Source: Eledone cirrhosa (lineage: Eukaryota). From it: DNA of 64,000 nucleotides. The notes below the pieces were generated by a model. It did not search any database, was not told where the DNA came from, and worked only from the letters and a program-made list of their open reading frames with translations. Below, piece by piece: positions 13,160 through 27,444 of this stretch (within the stretch, counting starts at the first letter, position 1; every line of letters begins with the position of its first letter). The position numbers and the translations under genes were made by a program. The stretch lies in contig OZ024744.1 in NCBI GenBank assembly GCA_964016885.1, forward strand, positions 36,518,001 to 36,582,000. The letters are read 5' to 3'.

Positions 13160-13605
13160 TATCTAGCCATCGTTTTGGCTGCCGGCCTCTGTTTCTCTTA
13201 CAAGCCAACCTTCCTTCCAAGAATATATAATACCTTTCGATCACCAACAGCAGAGTTTAAATAGCAAAGATCAAGTCGTCCATAGGTTGACATTATCAAG
13301 CCATCGTTTTGGCTGCCGGCCTCTGCTTCTCTTACCAGCCAACCTTCCTTCCAGGCATAACCTACTCACACCACGAGTTCATCTTTTTATATGGCCGTAT
13401 AGTTTGAGTACTCTTGGCTCGACACTAGATGTAATTGGTCTAAGTCTGGTAATGTTGAGTAGCTCACTGATACAGATACGGTCGTTGAGCTGCTTGTCAG
13501 TCATAAGTCTCATGATGTGGTTCTGGAATGAAGAGAGCTTCTGAAGTAACCTTGTCATCCAATTAACACAGTCAAGACCATATAACACAACTGGTAGGAT
13601 GTAAG
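13160..13605 (-). mobile_element. RTE-type LINE C-terminal fragment with a small internal duplication
   Basis: ILPVVLYGLDC..LSSFQNHIMR..LKLYGHIKR..LEGRLA(G/C)KR.RGRQPKRWLDNV. The last motif occurs twice (13160-13222 and 13290-13355). Confidence 0.75.
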
Positions 13606-13747
13606 TATCAGATAAAATACTATTTCACTATTTCACTCTGAAATAAAATAAGTACCAATCAAGTACTGGGAATATATAATCAACTCTGCTCTTCCATTAA
13701 ATTTGCTGACCATGTGTCTACATAGGAAGTCAATATTAATAAGTGCT

Positions 13748-13915
13748 TTTACATTTGGCACAAGGCCAGCAATTATCCCATTGCATTACTGGTACTTTAT
13801 TTTATCGACCCCGTAATGATGAAAGGCAAAGCTAACTTTGGCGGGATTTGAACTCAGAAAGCCATAATTCTATGCTGCAAAGCATGGCGTCTGATGCTCA
13901 CTCGATACTGCCAAT
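13748..13915 (-). mobile_element. tRNA-derived SINE (Nin-domain/octopus-type family)
   Basis: The minus strand has a B-box-like gagttcaaatcccgcc and the conserved core tttgcctttcatcattacggggtcgataaaataaagtaccag. Four more copies are in the window. Confidence 0.75.
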
Positions 13916-14284
13916 CCACTACATTACATACATTCGTATATATGCAATAATATACAACTACGTAGTTCTAGTCTTAAGTCTGTCTCGAGCCCTGAGGATC
14001 ACTAGACCGGTGGTTATATACCAGTTTCCGTTGCGTTAAGCGACTGATAATTCAAGGCACCCTCTGGATAGGATGCCAGTCCATCGCAGGGTTACCTAGT
14101 TCTAGTGATCAAGAATAATTAGCTGTTGGACCTTGGTCTGTACCGACGACGAGTTTTCCAGTTTTTCGAGCAACGGAACAGCCTGCTCATAAAATGTACC
14201 TGTATGTAGCTGAGCATTACGCAGCGATGTAATTCTCAGTGAGGGAGGTTCAGCGTAGCAAAGTGCGTAACATTGTTGGTTGTT

Positions 14285-14415
14285 TGAGTTACAGGTGTAA
14301 ATCATTGACTGGAGCAGAAGAATATAATGTGTCTTGCTCAAAAACCACAAAGCTCCACAGGAAATCAAATTCACAACATTACGATCGGGAGCAGAACACC
14401 CTCACCACTAAGCCA
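14285..14415 (-). mobile_element. tRNA-derived SINE, second family (..ttgagcaagacac.. core)
   Basis: The minus strand reads ggcttagtggtgagggtg (A box)...gaatttgatttcc (degenerate B box)...ttgagcaagacacatta. Homologous to 17876-17990. Confidence 0.6.
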
Positions 14416-15199
14416 CCGACCTTCAAATCTAAAGCCTTCAAAAACGATATATGCGTTACACCTATCATTTCTATTTTTGCAATATAAAAATAGAATACGC
14501 GATTTTTTTTTTATCCAACAACTCATCTTCAAATGGAAAGGTGAAAAAATGTAAGTAACAACGAAGTTCAGGAACGCGTTTATATTTCTTAATGTAACCG
14601 GTCAGGATTAAGTCACTCGTCCGGGATATAATATACTACAACATTTCCTCCGGTGTAAACCTCATTACTTAGGTTACAAACTCGGTCCCTATAAACACCA
14701 TACAGAATATAGAAAGAAAATAGCCAGTTTAACTTGTATAACGTGTATATTTTTGTAGTTCAAAAACTATAGTTATATCTACAATAAATTTAACCTAGAG
14801 TAACCTTCGAATATGCGGTATTTTCTATCACAAATATTTCTTTCTTTTTTAGTTACTTCACCAAAGGTATGTATGCTATGCCAATTAGAGTGATCATTCC
14901 AGGTATTTTCTATATTCTCTACTACATATATAGCGCTGTTACAACAATATTCCTGTGCGCACAGCTTGATAGGAATATATATTCTCTAATGAGTTCGCAA
15001 TAACTTCGAATTACAAGCATAAAATAATCTCATATGCTTTTCTGCGAACAGAAGAATTAGTTTAACGTGTTTTCATTTCATATTACATTTTTTTACAGCT
15101 AAACCTTCCTATTAAAATGACGGTAGTTTATATCTAACTAAGATCTAATATCGTTTTCATATTTATTACACATGATTATTTTTTTATGTGATATACATT

Positions 15200-16080
15200 G
15201 ACTCAGATACTGTTTTACTATATTAATTTTTATATGGGCAACTGGATTTGTGAGAACACCAGCTCTAACTATCTTCAAGCTATCGATAAACTCCCTACTA
15301 AACTAGACGAAACAATATTGGGTTGTCTAAACTCTACTCCCAAAATAGTTAATTTTCATGAAGCAGGGTTAACCCCAACTCATTTGTTGGTAGAAAAACG
15401 TTGGAAACGTAAATAGCTAATTACTCAGTTTAACTGGATAAGTTATGAGCATGATATTTCCTTTCCTCCATGGGTAGAAAATTAAAATCGTTTTTTAATA
15501 TAAGGATTGAAAATTCAAAAGAGGAAGTAAAGAATTTCATGATAATATTACACATTTAATAAAATTTAACAACTTGGTCAGTGTCACAGGTGAGGTACAT
15601 TTGGGAAATAGAATAGTGCAAACTTGTCAATTCTCCCTGCCCAACGGAGAGATCTACCTACATCATTTAGCAAAAATATTAGTCAAGCGTGGGAAAGAGT
15701 TTGGGAAGAATTTAGCGATAAGCTCTCAAATTTAAGCCCTCCATTGTCAAATCAGATCTGCCAAAATTCAGGCAGTATCAGACACTGAACAACGTTAATG
15801 AACAAAAAGTGGCTTCGAACAGGCTATATACCGTTGAACAGGTGGTAGAGAATTACCTCATGTTATGGTGGAGACTGCCCTGAAACTTTTGGGCACTATT
15901 CATTCCAATGTAGAAACTACATGTCTAAGAGAAACGACATCTTAAAGCTGGTCATAGAAGAAAATAAAACGAGATTTGCATTATAATATATTGTCAAATA
16001 TCTACCAACTATAAACAAGATTTATGAGAACGTGCAGATTACGAAAAGAATCATCACGAGAAAAGTTTAGCTGCTTTATA
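15200..16080 (+). mobile_element. Heavily decayed I-group LINE 3' relic
   Basis: Hand translation gives ..HEAGLTP.., FPPW, QAWERVWEEFSDKL..LRTGYIPLNRW..CPETFGHYSFQCRNY, which matches the W..W..KL / LRTGH..LN / ET..H..C C-terminal pattern of I/Nimb/Ingi-type ORF2. Confidence 0.5.
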
Positions 16081-16121
16081 ACTTAACTTGTTTTTGTCTT
16101 ATGTCTCCTATTGCCACTCCC

Positions 16122-16212
<91 letters not shown>

Positions 16213-16312
16213 TCTCTCAATCTCTCCCTCTCTTAAGTTGGTGATACTTAACTGTAAAACATACTAGATACCTCCCCAGGTCTGTCACGGAGGTTTTATT
16301 ATTATTACTATG

Positions 16313-16369
<57 letters not shown>

Positions 16370-16514
16370 TTGAGGAGTCAAATCATTGATGCTCTGGAGC
16401 AAGTTCATGGACACAATGCCCCGAAGAAATCAACAACCTACAAGTCGTTTTAGGTGTGGGAGAGATTAGGTTGAGGATGTAAAAAAAAAGCTGATTTGAC
16501 ATGGATTAAATATA

Positions 16515-16566
<52 letters not shown>

Positions 16567-16661
16567 TTCCGTGTTTCTTTAGAAACACGAAATTTCTCTA
16601 CATATCTGTATACAGCTATGCTTGAAGTTAAATCCTATTTCTATACTATATATATATATAT

Positions 16662-16717
<56 letters not shown>

Positions 16718-16725
16718 TATATATA

Positions 16726-16786
<61 letters not shown>

Positions 16787-16810
16787 ATGTGTGTATATAT
16801 ATATATATAT

Positions 16811-17533
16811 TAGAATTGGTGCTCTGAAATAGCTATATATATATGAATGTATATATAGTGAATTTTGCAATACACTGTATGCTTAATTAAAAGCATTTCG
16901 AAGACCTTATGCTATTGTTTTAGAGTAGTGACAGACTCACTTACTTTAATTTTCAGCAAACAGGGGAGATAAAGCTGACAGGGCCCTGTTTCGCATTTAT
17001 TGATGATTATCAAAGCCAACTACTCCTCCTGTTTGCTGAAATCATGGCTGTTTGGTTCTTATAGAATTCTAGTAAATAATCAGGAACTGATTATACAGAG
17101 CGGTTGCCGGTCAAGCAGAAATTGAAAATTAGAATTGGTGCTCTGAAATAGCTATATATATATATATGAATGTATATATGGTGTATTTTGCAATACACTG
17201 TATGCTTAATTAAAAGCATTTTGAAGACCTTATGCTATTATTTTAAAGTAGTGACAGTCTCACTTACTTTAATTTTCAGCAAACTGTTTGCTGAAAATTA
17301 AAGAAAGTGAGTCTGTCACTACTCTAAAACAATAGCATATGGTCTTCAAAATGCTTTTAATTAAGCATACAGTGTATTGCAAAATACACGATATATACAT
17401 TCATATATATATATATATATTAACAGCAAACAGGGGAGATAAAGCTGACAGGGCCCTGTTTCGCATTTATTGATGCTTATCAAAGCCAACTACTCCTCCT
17501 GTTTGCTAAAATCATGGATATTTGGTTCTTATA
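16811..17533 (-). mobile_element. Retrozyme-like non-coding element: 319-bp tandem unit with a type-I HHR, plus an inverted partial unit and a further HHR fragment
   Basis: The unit start tagaattggtgctctgaaatagc occurs at 16811 and 17130. An inverted copy lies at 17286-17410. HHRs are at 16973-17017 and 17443-17487. No ORF. Confidence 0.8.
17443..17487 (-). ncRNA. Type-I hammerhead ribozyme, U3-A8 core variant
   Basis: GGCU-UUGAUAA-GCAU[CAAUAA]AUGC-GAA-ACAGGGCCCUGU-C/AGCU. The flanks cagcaaacagg / cctgtttgct extend stem I. Confidence 0.8.
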
Positions 17534-17875
17534 CATATATATACAAGTATGTATTTCAACCATCTCAAAGCAGCTTTATTTACATCTTCAACCTCATCTC
17601 TTCCAGTTCTAAAACGACATCGGGTCATTGTGTCCATGAAATTTCTCCAAAGCGTCAATGATTTGGTCACCCTCCCACCCTAGCTTCACCATAAATTTGA
17701 TATTTTGATTGAGGCCAAGTTGCTCACTTCCGACTGGCGCCGCCGCGTTGCAACATCCATTTAAGTGTTCATGTTAGAACATGTTATGACGATTTTTAGC
17801 TATGTACTTATTCCTCTAAACTTTTGAATCCCCCTCGTATAGACACATACACACACATATATATATTTTTGTAAA

Positions 17876-17990
17876 GGCACGTAGCTGAGTGGTTAGAGAA
17901 TTATATTCGCAACCATGAGGTTGTGAGTTCGATTCCCGGACAGGGCGATGCATTATGTCCTTGGGCAAGACAGTTTATTTCAGATTGCTC
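17876..17990 (+). mobile_element. tRNA-derived SINE
   Basis: A box tagctgagtgg, B box gagttcgattccc, then tgtccttgggcaagacag. No complete cloverleaf. Confidence 0.75.
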
Positions 17991-18283
17991 CTTCTACCTG
18001 GAATAATTAGATAGTATTAGTAATTAGAAAGACCAATGGAAACATAGTTTCCTCGGCCCGATTTGAAAAAGTCGATCGACTATCGAAATATATTTACTAC
18101 TGCAAAATCATTATATATAAAATCTATACCAGTCACTGGCATATTAAAATCGTGTAAATGTATATATCGTGTAAGCAGCCCCGGTTTCCCCTCAAGTTAT
18201 GCCCGTTATTTTATTTCAGCCTCACTTTCATTTATCCTAAACTCTGTTTTCAAATCCATATCACTATTCTATAATAAATAAAT

Positions 18284-18348
18284 ATTTCTTCTGATGAATC
18301 AAGACAGACATAAGTATATATTTTCAAGAAACAATTGGTAAATGAAAT
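18284..18348 (+). ncRNA. Degenerate hammerhead motif in a pLTR-like fragment
   Basis: atttctt-CUGAUGA...GAAACAAUUGGUA/aatgaaat. Stem II is poorly paired. The homolog at 5595 has GAAACCACUGGUA. Confidence 0.35.
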
Positions 18349-18459
18349 AATTATATTATGCTGTTTATTACATAACTAAAAAGCTATGTAGCCTACATAG
18401 AGCACTCTCTCTTTTCCTTTACCTTTCCTACAGAAATACTTCACACGCACACACATACA

Positions 18460-18514
<55 letters not shown>

Positions 18515-18674
18515 CTATATTAATATAATTATTTGTTTACATTCTCAGTTAGTTTTTATTAATTTACGTTTAAATCGCGAACACGTATTTTCTTTTTCGA
18601 GGTGTCTCGAATAATAGTATTTATAATTAACGCTGGACTGTTTCAAGTCGCCATTGGTTTTTTTTTCGTTCACG

Positions 18675-18801
<127 letters not shown>

Positions 18802-18949
18802 CTCTGCCACTCTCTCTAGATCGTACATGTTCTCTCTCACTCTCTCTTTCCCTCTGAATCACTCCTTGAATTTCTCACCGGATTCATCTCACTCTCTCTT
18901 TCTCTCTCTAACCTTTTTCCTACCTTTTCTGCACCCCCTCCCCTCTAGA

Positions 18950-21900
18950 GCGAAATGAATTGCATGCAGAATTAAGAGCCAGCGAAATTCGTCAATGATG
19001 GAACTAGAGGTGTTGATCAAGGGATGGAGCTTGGCTGATGGGTCACCACCAACCAAAAAAAATTGCGAAGACTTTGAAGAGCCATGGCTTCGTGAGGACT
19101 TTGGCGCAGATAGAGAGAAAAAAAGAGAAATTGAGAGGGCCTATATCCTCATAGCGCCACACATAGCCATGCTAAGCAGTGTCCTCAAGGAAGAGAACGA
19201 CAGAGAGGAAGAAAAAAGGAAGAAATCACAAGCACTGACCTGAAACAAATGAGATACCCGCCGCCACAGTCAAAGAAAGCAGCCTGGGTAAGCGGTAAAG
19301 GTGATAAGCGAATTCCTCATCCGAAAGATGGGGACCAGTGGGCAACTGTCAAAAGGAAGAAGAGAAGGCGCAGAGACACTGGGAGCAAGAAAACCCAGGT
19401 TACATGCAAGTTCTTCAGGAACGGGACCTGCTGGCATGGAAAAACGGGGACAGGCTGTAGATTCACTCCCCGCAGGCCCCAAGTGAGCTACGCCCAACCT
19501 ACTCAAACAAAATGCCCCAGCCAAAACCAAAACCAGAACCGATACAAGCTGCCTCAGAAGTATGCTGATGTCGCAAGTGCCTCACCAACAAAGTGATGTC
19601 ACGCATATACAGATGAGATACAGACGGCAGCAGCAGAACAACAGAACTTTTCAGAGATGGCGGAGAGGATTATGGTACAACTGGGCTCGCTGCATCGAGT
19701 TCAGAGCCAGGGTCACTCACACCAGCACTCGAAACCACCACAATTAAGGGACCTAGAGTGGTCACCGCTGACACTAGACCAGGTGCCACTCCGACAGCCA
19801 TTGCTGACACCCCAAATGTCACACCAGTGCTGCTGTTAAATCTCAAACGTCTGGTGAAACTCACTAACATGAGTACAATTTCCTACCTAGGAGACTTAGC
19901 CATAAGCAACCAAGCAATATGCATGGCACTAACCGAAACGCACCTGACAAGCAGCATGGTAGATGCGGAAATACATATACCAAAATATACTGTATTTCGT
20001 TCAGACAGGAAGGAGAGAACTCATGGTGGGGTTGCTCTGTATATCCGTGAAGATGTCACACCCATTGTACTGTTGACGCATTCAAACTCAGTCTGTGACA
20101 CACTGATAGTACATATGAAGCAACTAAAAACGGTAATATGTGTCACATATCGGCCACCCGAAGCCCCTAGTCATGAGGTTAAATTTGAGGATAGCCTCAG
20201 AAAGATAGAGTAGGTCGTTGACAACATTCTGCTGCTGAGAGACTTTAACCTGCCAAAGGTCAAATGGCCTGAGGGCCACCTCCTCCTTGGAATGACATCA
20301 CTAGAACAGAGACAGACTGGACCTGCTGGCCCTCTCACACAGGGTGTTTATGGAACAAGCAGTACTCCTCTCAACAAAAGGCAAGAATGTCCTGGTTCTC
20401 TGATTTACTAACAACGCAGTGCTCATCCAAAATGTAAAGGTGACACCAATGATTTTCTCGGATCATAACTTAGTAGAACTAACGATATGTGGTCCGAGAG
20501 AGTCAACAGGGACGCAACCCTCAAGAAGCACCGGGAACTTATCCAGCTTTAACTTGTACAAGGCTAACTGGAAAAAGATCAAGAAAAAGATCTGGAAGCA
20601 AATATGGAGCGACAACATCACCACACAAGACACCAACACACATTTTCAACACTTCATGACAAAAATAAAAACTATATACCAAAAGTTTGTTTCGGAGAAA
20701 AAGGCCAACGGATACAAAAATCTTATTCCTTATGAGACGAAGAACTAAGCTCCCAAACCAGTTGAATGCACAACAAAAAAACAAGAAGGAATCCTATTTG
20801 AAATGTGCACTACTTGACATTGAAACTGTACTCAAACTTTCCCATGAAAAGAAGAGGGCAAAGAGGGAAATCAGGGCCATAGATAATATTAAAACAAATC
20901 CTAAGGCCCTCTTCAAATTTGCAAAAGAGACTGCCTCAGTACACTACAAGATTGGGCCACTCTTCCATAAAGATGGTTCATTAACCGAGGATACCCAAGG
21001 CATAAGTGAAATACTGAACGAACAGTACAAAAGTGTATTCACACGTCCACTGATGCACATGAAAATAACAAAGCCACAGGATTTCTTTAATGTTACAAAA
21101 CTCCATGAAGAAATGGCGACCATCAACCACATAGACATAAGAGAAGAGGATGTGGTATCCACCATAGACGAAATTAGAACAAACTCAGCTGCTAGACCTG
21201 ATGGATTCCCAGCAGTCCTCCTAAAGACATGTAAGCGTGCCTTAGCAACTCCACTGACGACCCTCTTCAGAAGCTCCTTGACTAGCGGTAGACTACCCAG
21301 AGAGCTGAAAGAAGGCACAATATGCTCTATCCATAAAGGAGGAAGCAGAGCGGAGGCCAAAAACTACAGGCCAGTCTCCCTGACGTCACATATCAGTAAA
21401 GTAATGGAGTGAATCATCAGGAAGAAACTGATCACGTCCCTCGAAGAAAATGACCGCCTGACTAACACGCAGCATGGCTTTCGCTCAGGAGAAAGCTGCC
21501 TTACACAGCTGCTACAACACTATGACAGAGTACTGAAGCAACTATTGGACAGCTCACATGTGGACGTGATATATCTTGACTTTGCGAAGGCCTTTGACAA
21601 GGTCGACTACGGAATGATATGTCACGAACTACAAAGACTCGGCATAACTGGAAAAGTAGATGAGTGGCAGCATGACTTCTTAAAAGACAGAAAGCAGACA
21701 GTTGCAGCAAATGGGGCCCTCTCAAAGGAAAGATCAATAACAAGTGGGGTGCCCCAGGCTACAGTATTGGGACCACTACTGTTTTTGGTGGCTCTCTCAG
21801 ACAGTCCCTCTGTAGTACACACACCATCCCTCACTAGCTATGCTGATGACACTAAGGTAGCACAGGCAATAAAAAAACCCGGCTGATGCTGCCCATTTAC

Positions 21901-22835
21901 AACAAGATCTGGATGCCATATAAAAATGGGCTGAGGACAACAACATGCAGTTCAATGCTGGTAAATGTCTAGCCCTACAACGCCAAGCTGCAAACACAAA
22001 TGCAGTACAACACAGCTATATTGGAGCAGGAGGAATCTAAATTCCTTTGTCGAAAACGATACGAGACTTGGGAATAGACATGAGTGACGATGCATCTTTT
22101 TCCTCACACATTACGAAGGTGGCGATAATGTGCAGAGGACTCGCTGTGCTGGATCTTGAGGACTTTCCAGACAAGTGACGAGAGACCATGTTGATACTAT
22201 TGAGGACATTTGCCCTAAGCCGCCTGGACTATTGCTCCCAGCTGTTGTCACCGCATAGTGTCAAACTAACCACGGAACTTGAGGCAATCTAACGAAGCTA
22301 CACCAAGAGGATTGCAACGATGAATGAGATAAGCTACTGAGAGGCTAAAAGAACTGAACCTCTCCTCCTTGGAACGAAGACGGGAGAGATACGGAGTGAT
22401 TAGTTATGGAAAATGTTGGAGGGAGTAGCACCAAATTTTGGCATTGGGAGCTGGACCGACCCCCGAACAGGACGTCACTGTGTGGTGCCAAAGGTGCCGT
22501 CTTCCACATCTAGAATAAAGAGCAGATATTACAATAGCCTAGGGTTCAAAGGCCATGAACTCTTCAACAAGCTGCCGAGGAATTTGAGAGATCTGCATGG
22601 TGTGGGTGGGGATGTTTTCAAGAAACATCTCGACACCTGGCTACTCATGATCCCGGATGAGCCGACAGCACGGCACGAGGGAAATCTAAGGTCAGCAGCA
22701 ACAAACTCCCTCTTGCACCAATGGCCAACCAACACAGGGTAGAGGTAGAATGTGTAGCCACAGGGGCGATGCCCCAGCATGGCCTCAGCCGGATGGCTGG
22801 AACAGGTAAAAGAGTAAAAGAGTAAAACAGTAAAG
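18950..22835 (+). mobile_element. CR1-group LINE, near full length, decayed (ORF1 with CCCH-like finger; ORF2 APE endonuclease + RT)
   Basis: ORF1 CKFFRNGTCWHGKTGTGCRF. Endonuclease ALTETHL, RSDRKERTHGGVALYI, YRPP, SDHNLV. RT NYRPVSLTS, YLDFAKAFDKV, SGVPQATVLGPLLF, YADDTK. The 3' end has PDEP..AATNSL and a (gtaaaaga)n tail. Many stops and frameshifts. Confidence 0.92.
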
Positions 22836-22866
22836 AAGTATATAGATAATGTGTATGTGCATAATA

Positions 22867-22902
<36 letters not shown>

Positions 22903-22906
<4 letters not shown>

Positions 22907-23366
22907 TGTATATATAGTGTATTTTGCAATACACTGTATGCTTAATTAAAAGCATTTAGAAGACCTTACGCTATTGTTTTAGAGTAGTGACAGTCTCACT
23001 TACTTTAATTTTCAGCAAACAGCGGAGATAAAGCTGACAGAGCTCTGTTTCGCACTTTTTTGGTGCTTATCAAAGCTAACTACTCCGCCTGTCCGCTGAA
23101 AATCATGAATGTTTCATTCTTATAGAATTCCAGCAATAATCAGGAACTGATTATACAGAGCGGTTGCCGGTCAAGCAGAAATTGAAAATTAGAATTGGTG
23201 TTCTGAAATAGCGATATTTTGCTGAAAATTAAAGTAAGTGAGACTGTCACTACTCTAAAACAATAGCGTAAAGTCTTCGAAATGCTTTTAATTAAGCATA
23301 CATTGTATTGCAAAGTACACTATATATATACACATTCATATATATATCGCTATTTCAGAGCACCAA

Positions 23367-23373
<7 letters not shown>
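22903..23373 (-). mobile_element. Second locus of the 319-bp retrozyme-like element, with an inverted partial unit
   Basis: Homologous to 16843-17152. HHR at 23032-23077. Inverted piece at 23218-23373. Confidence 0.8.
23032..23077 (-). ncRNA. Type-I hammerhead ribozyme, U3-A8 core variant (covariant copy)
   Basis: AGCU-UUGAUAA-GCAC[CAAAAAA]GUGC-GAA-ACAGAGCUCUGU-C/AGCU. Confidence 0.82.
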
Positions 23374-23424
<51 letters not shown>

Positions 23425-23433
23425 TGTATATTT

Positions 23434-26400
23434 ATAACTTTGATAACTTTGATAGGTTTCGGCCAGTATTGGCCCAGGCCATGTCTAACTTAATAGCACC
23501 ACCTGGCGAAGTCTTACAAATCAGTGTTTGGGCACCATGGCCCACTCGAGCAGAGAGTTATTGTTTACAGAGGCATATCCGGGTGTAGATGGCTTATCCG
23601 GGATTTCTTGAAGGAATTTATCCAAAGACTTCTTCAACTTGATGGGGTCTGTCTCTGCTTTGATGTGTTTTGGTGTAATGTTAAAGAGTGCAGGGCCAAT
23701 TGAGGTGAAATAATTGTGCCGTATTGTTGTTATGTGACACGAGTGAGATTTTTGTCGTGGGCGGATAGCACGGGCCCAAGCCTTGGGTGTATATTAAAGG
23801 TGATGCCAACATCATTTGGGCTAAGCTGATGGAATATTTTCCACATCATACAGACAATGTAGCTCTCACGGCGACGTTGGAGAGAATACAGTTTGAGCTT
23901 TACTAATTGACCCCAATAGTCAAGGCCTGTCTTGCCAACTATCGTTTTTGTAATTGACCTTTGGGGTGCTTCAACTTTCATGATACTTTGTTTCGTGTGG
24001 GGTGACCACGGTGAACAACAGTATTCAAGGTGGCGTCGGGCAAAAGTGGAGAAGGGAAGGATAACAGTGTGGATATCTCTCGACTGGAAAGTTCTGAGAA
24101 TTCAGGAACACATTCTGCGGGCCATATCAACTTTGTTGTTTATATGAGTGGCCCAGCTTATGTTGTTGTCACAATTACTCCCAGGTCTCTGATGTTATTG
24201 GAAGCCACTAGAGTTTCACCCGAAGGAAGAGAGTATGTTAGTTTCAGGGCATCCTTTTTTTCCAAAGTGGATTATTTAATATTTATCTTCATCATTCAAC
24301 AGCATATTATTTTTTTCTGCCCATTGGATAACAGCCAGTAGGTTTGACTGAAGGCAAGTCCGGTCACCCACCTCATTGATGACCCTTTGGAGCTTGGAAT
24401 CATCTGCGAAGATTCTGATGTTGCTGTGTTTGATGATGTCAGTAATGTCATTAATGTAGATGATGAAAAGAAGTGGGCCCAACAAAGTGCCTCGTGGGAC
24501 GCCACTGCTGACTTTGGCAGGGCTTGATTTTACTACTTCGACTACAACATGCTGAGTTCTGCCTGTCAGGAAACATTTGATCCACTGTAGTAACCTTCCA
24601 GAGACACCAACATTGGATAGTTTTTTCAGTAGAATCTTATGATCAACCCTGTCGAAGGCCTTGCTGAAGTCAAGGTAGATGACATCAGTGTTGGAGCCCA
24701 CTCCCAAGGCTCTCAAAACATCGTCAAAGTGATGCAGGAGCTGCGTTAGGCAGTCCCTTCCATTACGGAACCCTTGTTGGTTGGAGTTCAGCAGGCCGTT
24801 GCTTTCAAGAAAGTGGGTTATTCGTGATCTCACCACCCTCTCAAATACCTTGATAATATGAGAGGTGAGTGAGATTGGACGGTAGTTCACTGCAAGGGAA
24901 TTATTTCCCTTTTTGAAGACAACGGACTGGGACAGAATGTTTTCAGGAATATAGCCAGTGTCCAGTGAGTTCCTCCACAGATTAGCAAGAGGAGATGCAA
25001 GCTGGTGTCGACATACCTTCAGGATACAAGCAGGGAATCTGTCAGGGCCTACTGCTGAATTGTGTTTAATTTCGTTTATTGCCGCTAAAAAATCAGGGGC
25101 GCCAAACGTTGTCTGATATAGTGTGTTGGGGATTAACATCACTTATACGGCCCAGATCGGCCATATCAGGATTGCTGAAAACAGAGCAGTAGTGTTTCTG
25201 CAGTATCTCGCCCATGGTTTGGCATTGTCCTGGAGTGTGCCATTTTCATCAACTAGGGGGCCAACAGAGGAGACGGCGACCTTGTGTTTTTTAGCAAATG
25301 AAAAGAACACTTTGGGGTTGAGTTTGATTTTCTCAATGGCCCACCTCTCTTCATCTATTCTCTGATTATTGATGATGGTCATCATGTATTGCTGGAGGTT
25401 ATATTTTTTTTACTCAAGCAGGGTGATAGCCATTGAATGTGTGTGTTGCTGTTGGCAGTATTTTAGTGTGTTAATTTTTTGGTTTGTTCTTTTTATTTTT
25501 CTGATAATTGTTTTTCTTTTTTGGGGGATACTGCACTTGGTTTTGTTCACAGGTTTTGGTGGGGTGTGTTTTGTACATATACTTGTGACAGTGTCTACAA
25601 AGATCTGCCAAGATGTTTTGATGTTGGTGGAAGTGTGTGCGTGTGTAAAAGACCTGTCAACATGTTGTAGTTCGTTCATAATTGCCACCCAGTTGGCATT
25701 GTAGAGATCATGTTATCAAATGGGTGGGCTGGAGAGAGGACCCTGGTGGAATCTCAGGTTACAAAGAACCATGTCATGGTCTGGGAGAAGGGTTTTTTCC
25801 ACTGTAATATTATGTATAGTGTGAGTGTGTTTACTAAACACTAGATCCAGAATGTTCTTCTGATGCCTCGTTGGTGCAAGGACAAGTTGGGACAAGAAAA
25901 GCTCATTCATGAAGTCAAGAAGTGACTCGACAGCCTCTTTGTCAGTGGTTGAGGCTGAGGAACCTGGTTTCAAACTACATGTAGACCAATCGACACAGAG
26001 TAGATTAAAGTCACCCATCAAAAGTATGTTGCTAGAATGGCACTGTTTAATAAAGCATTTAATACTGTTGAGGCATTCTTTGAAGCAGATTATGGGTGTT
26101 TGTGGGGGCCTATAGAGCCCAACTAATGTCAGGTCATTGGCTTTATTGTGCACAGTGACTGATTCACAGTATCCATTAGAGAATGTTGTGTTGCCATCTG
26201 CCGTAGAGGAATCATGCAGGAAAATGGCAGTTCCACCCTTCCTTCTGCCAACACGATCCGCACGGATGGTTGTGAAATATCTCACTCTTATTTCGGCCTC
26301 CAATTGGGATTGTAAAGGTGGGTCTCAGTAAGAATGAAGAAGGGGATGTGTAATGGATGGTTACCAACCCAATCCTCAATGAATTGGATCTTCCATTTCT

Positions 26401-27413
26401 GTGCATTGATGGATGGGCTGATACCTTGTGTATTGAGTAAGAATGTGGAGGCTAGTGTGGTGGCTGGTTTTGACTGTTGCAGGGGGCTTGTTTTGTGATT
26501 GTGTTAGTGACAGCAAGGTTAGTGTTGGGTGATGGCTAAAATGTTTTTCTCTATCTCTTTTGCCAGGTTCATGGCTAAAAAAGAAATTTTTTTTTTGTTC
26601 AGGAAGCAGTTTTTGATTGGATTTGTGGTTACAACATTGGATAGGGTTGCAGTTCTCTGTTTTGTTGTTGTGTTTGTTGTAATTGTGTCTTTGTGAAAAG
26701 ACTGGAGCAGCGTTATTGTTGTTGTTGTATTTGTTGTTGTGATCGTGTCTTTGTGAAAAGGAACAGCAGATTTACTTTTGTTGAATTTATTGTAATCCTG
26801 TCTTTGTGAGGAGACTGGAGTAGTATTACCGCAGCAGGGTGTGGCTTTATTGTGGTTTGTGGGTTGGCATGAAGCCTCTTTTCTGTTCGTGCGTTGTGTC
26901 CCAGGAAGATGAGTGAAGGGACAGTCAGTTAGCAGACATAGCCTCTCACGTTGGGAATGTTGGCAGATTTTGGGACTGCGACCTATACGTGTGGGCAGCG
27001 TGCTTTGGTGTTGGCTAGTAGTGTTAGTGCGCCTAGTACCCGGTAAATGGATAAATATACAGTCGCTACGTGTGCATAGCAGCATATTTGGGGGTTTCTC
27101 CTATGTGTAGTGGGGGTGCATACAGCTGCATAGATCTTTTTTTAAAAAGTTTTTGACTATGGCATGGCCGTGGTGGTGATGTGGGGGAAGGAAGCATTAG
27201 TGGTGATGATGATGATAACTGTGGTGGGAGAGAGAGCAGTGGTCCATTACTAGCAGTTGGTGCGGCAGAAGATGGTGACGGTGGTGATGGTGATGGTGAT
27301 GGCGATGGCAGAGTGAGTGGGTGAGTGATACTGTCATGCAGTAATAAAGCTATTATGCTTGAATTCAGTAGTGGTTGCTCCTGGCTTTCTGGCTGTTGTT
27401 GTTGTTGTGGCAG

Positions 27414-27444
<31 letters not shown>

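Noticed and set aside
12594-13247. Poly-L/K/E/R/S ORFs
   Set aside because: They are translations of the (AAG)n(GAG)n tract.
14102-14210. Possible minus-strand host exon (ag|GTFYEQAVPLLEKLENSSSVQTK)
   Set aside because: No recognisable homology, a weak polypyrimidine tract, and it lies between SINE fragments. It cannot be supported without RNA-seq.
17876-17945. Possible tRNA gene
   Set aside because: A and B boxes are present, but the acceptor and anticodon stems do not pair and the sequence continues into a SINE body.
23452-23482. GGCC[AAUACU]GGCC-GAAAC at the LINE 3' end (minus strand), resembling half a hammerhead
   Set aside because: No CUGANGA lies upstream in either copy. It is better explained as the LINE 3' recognition stem-loop.
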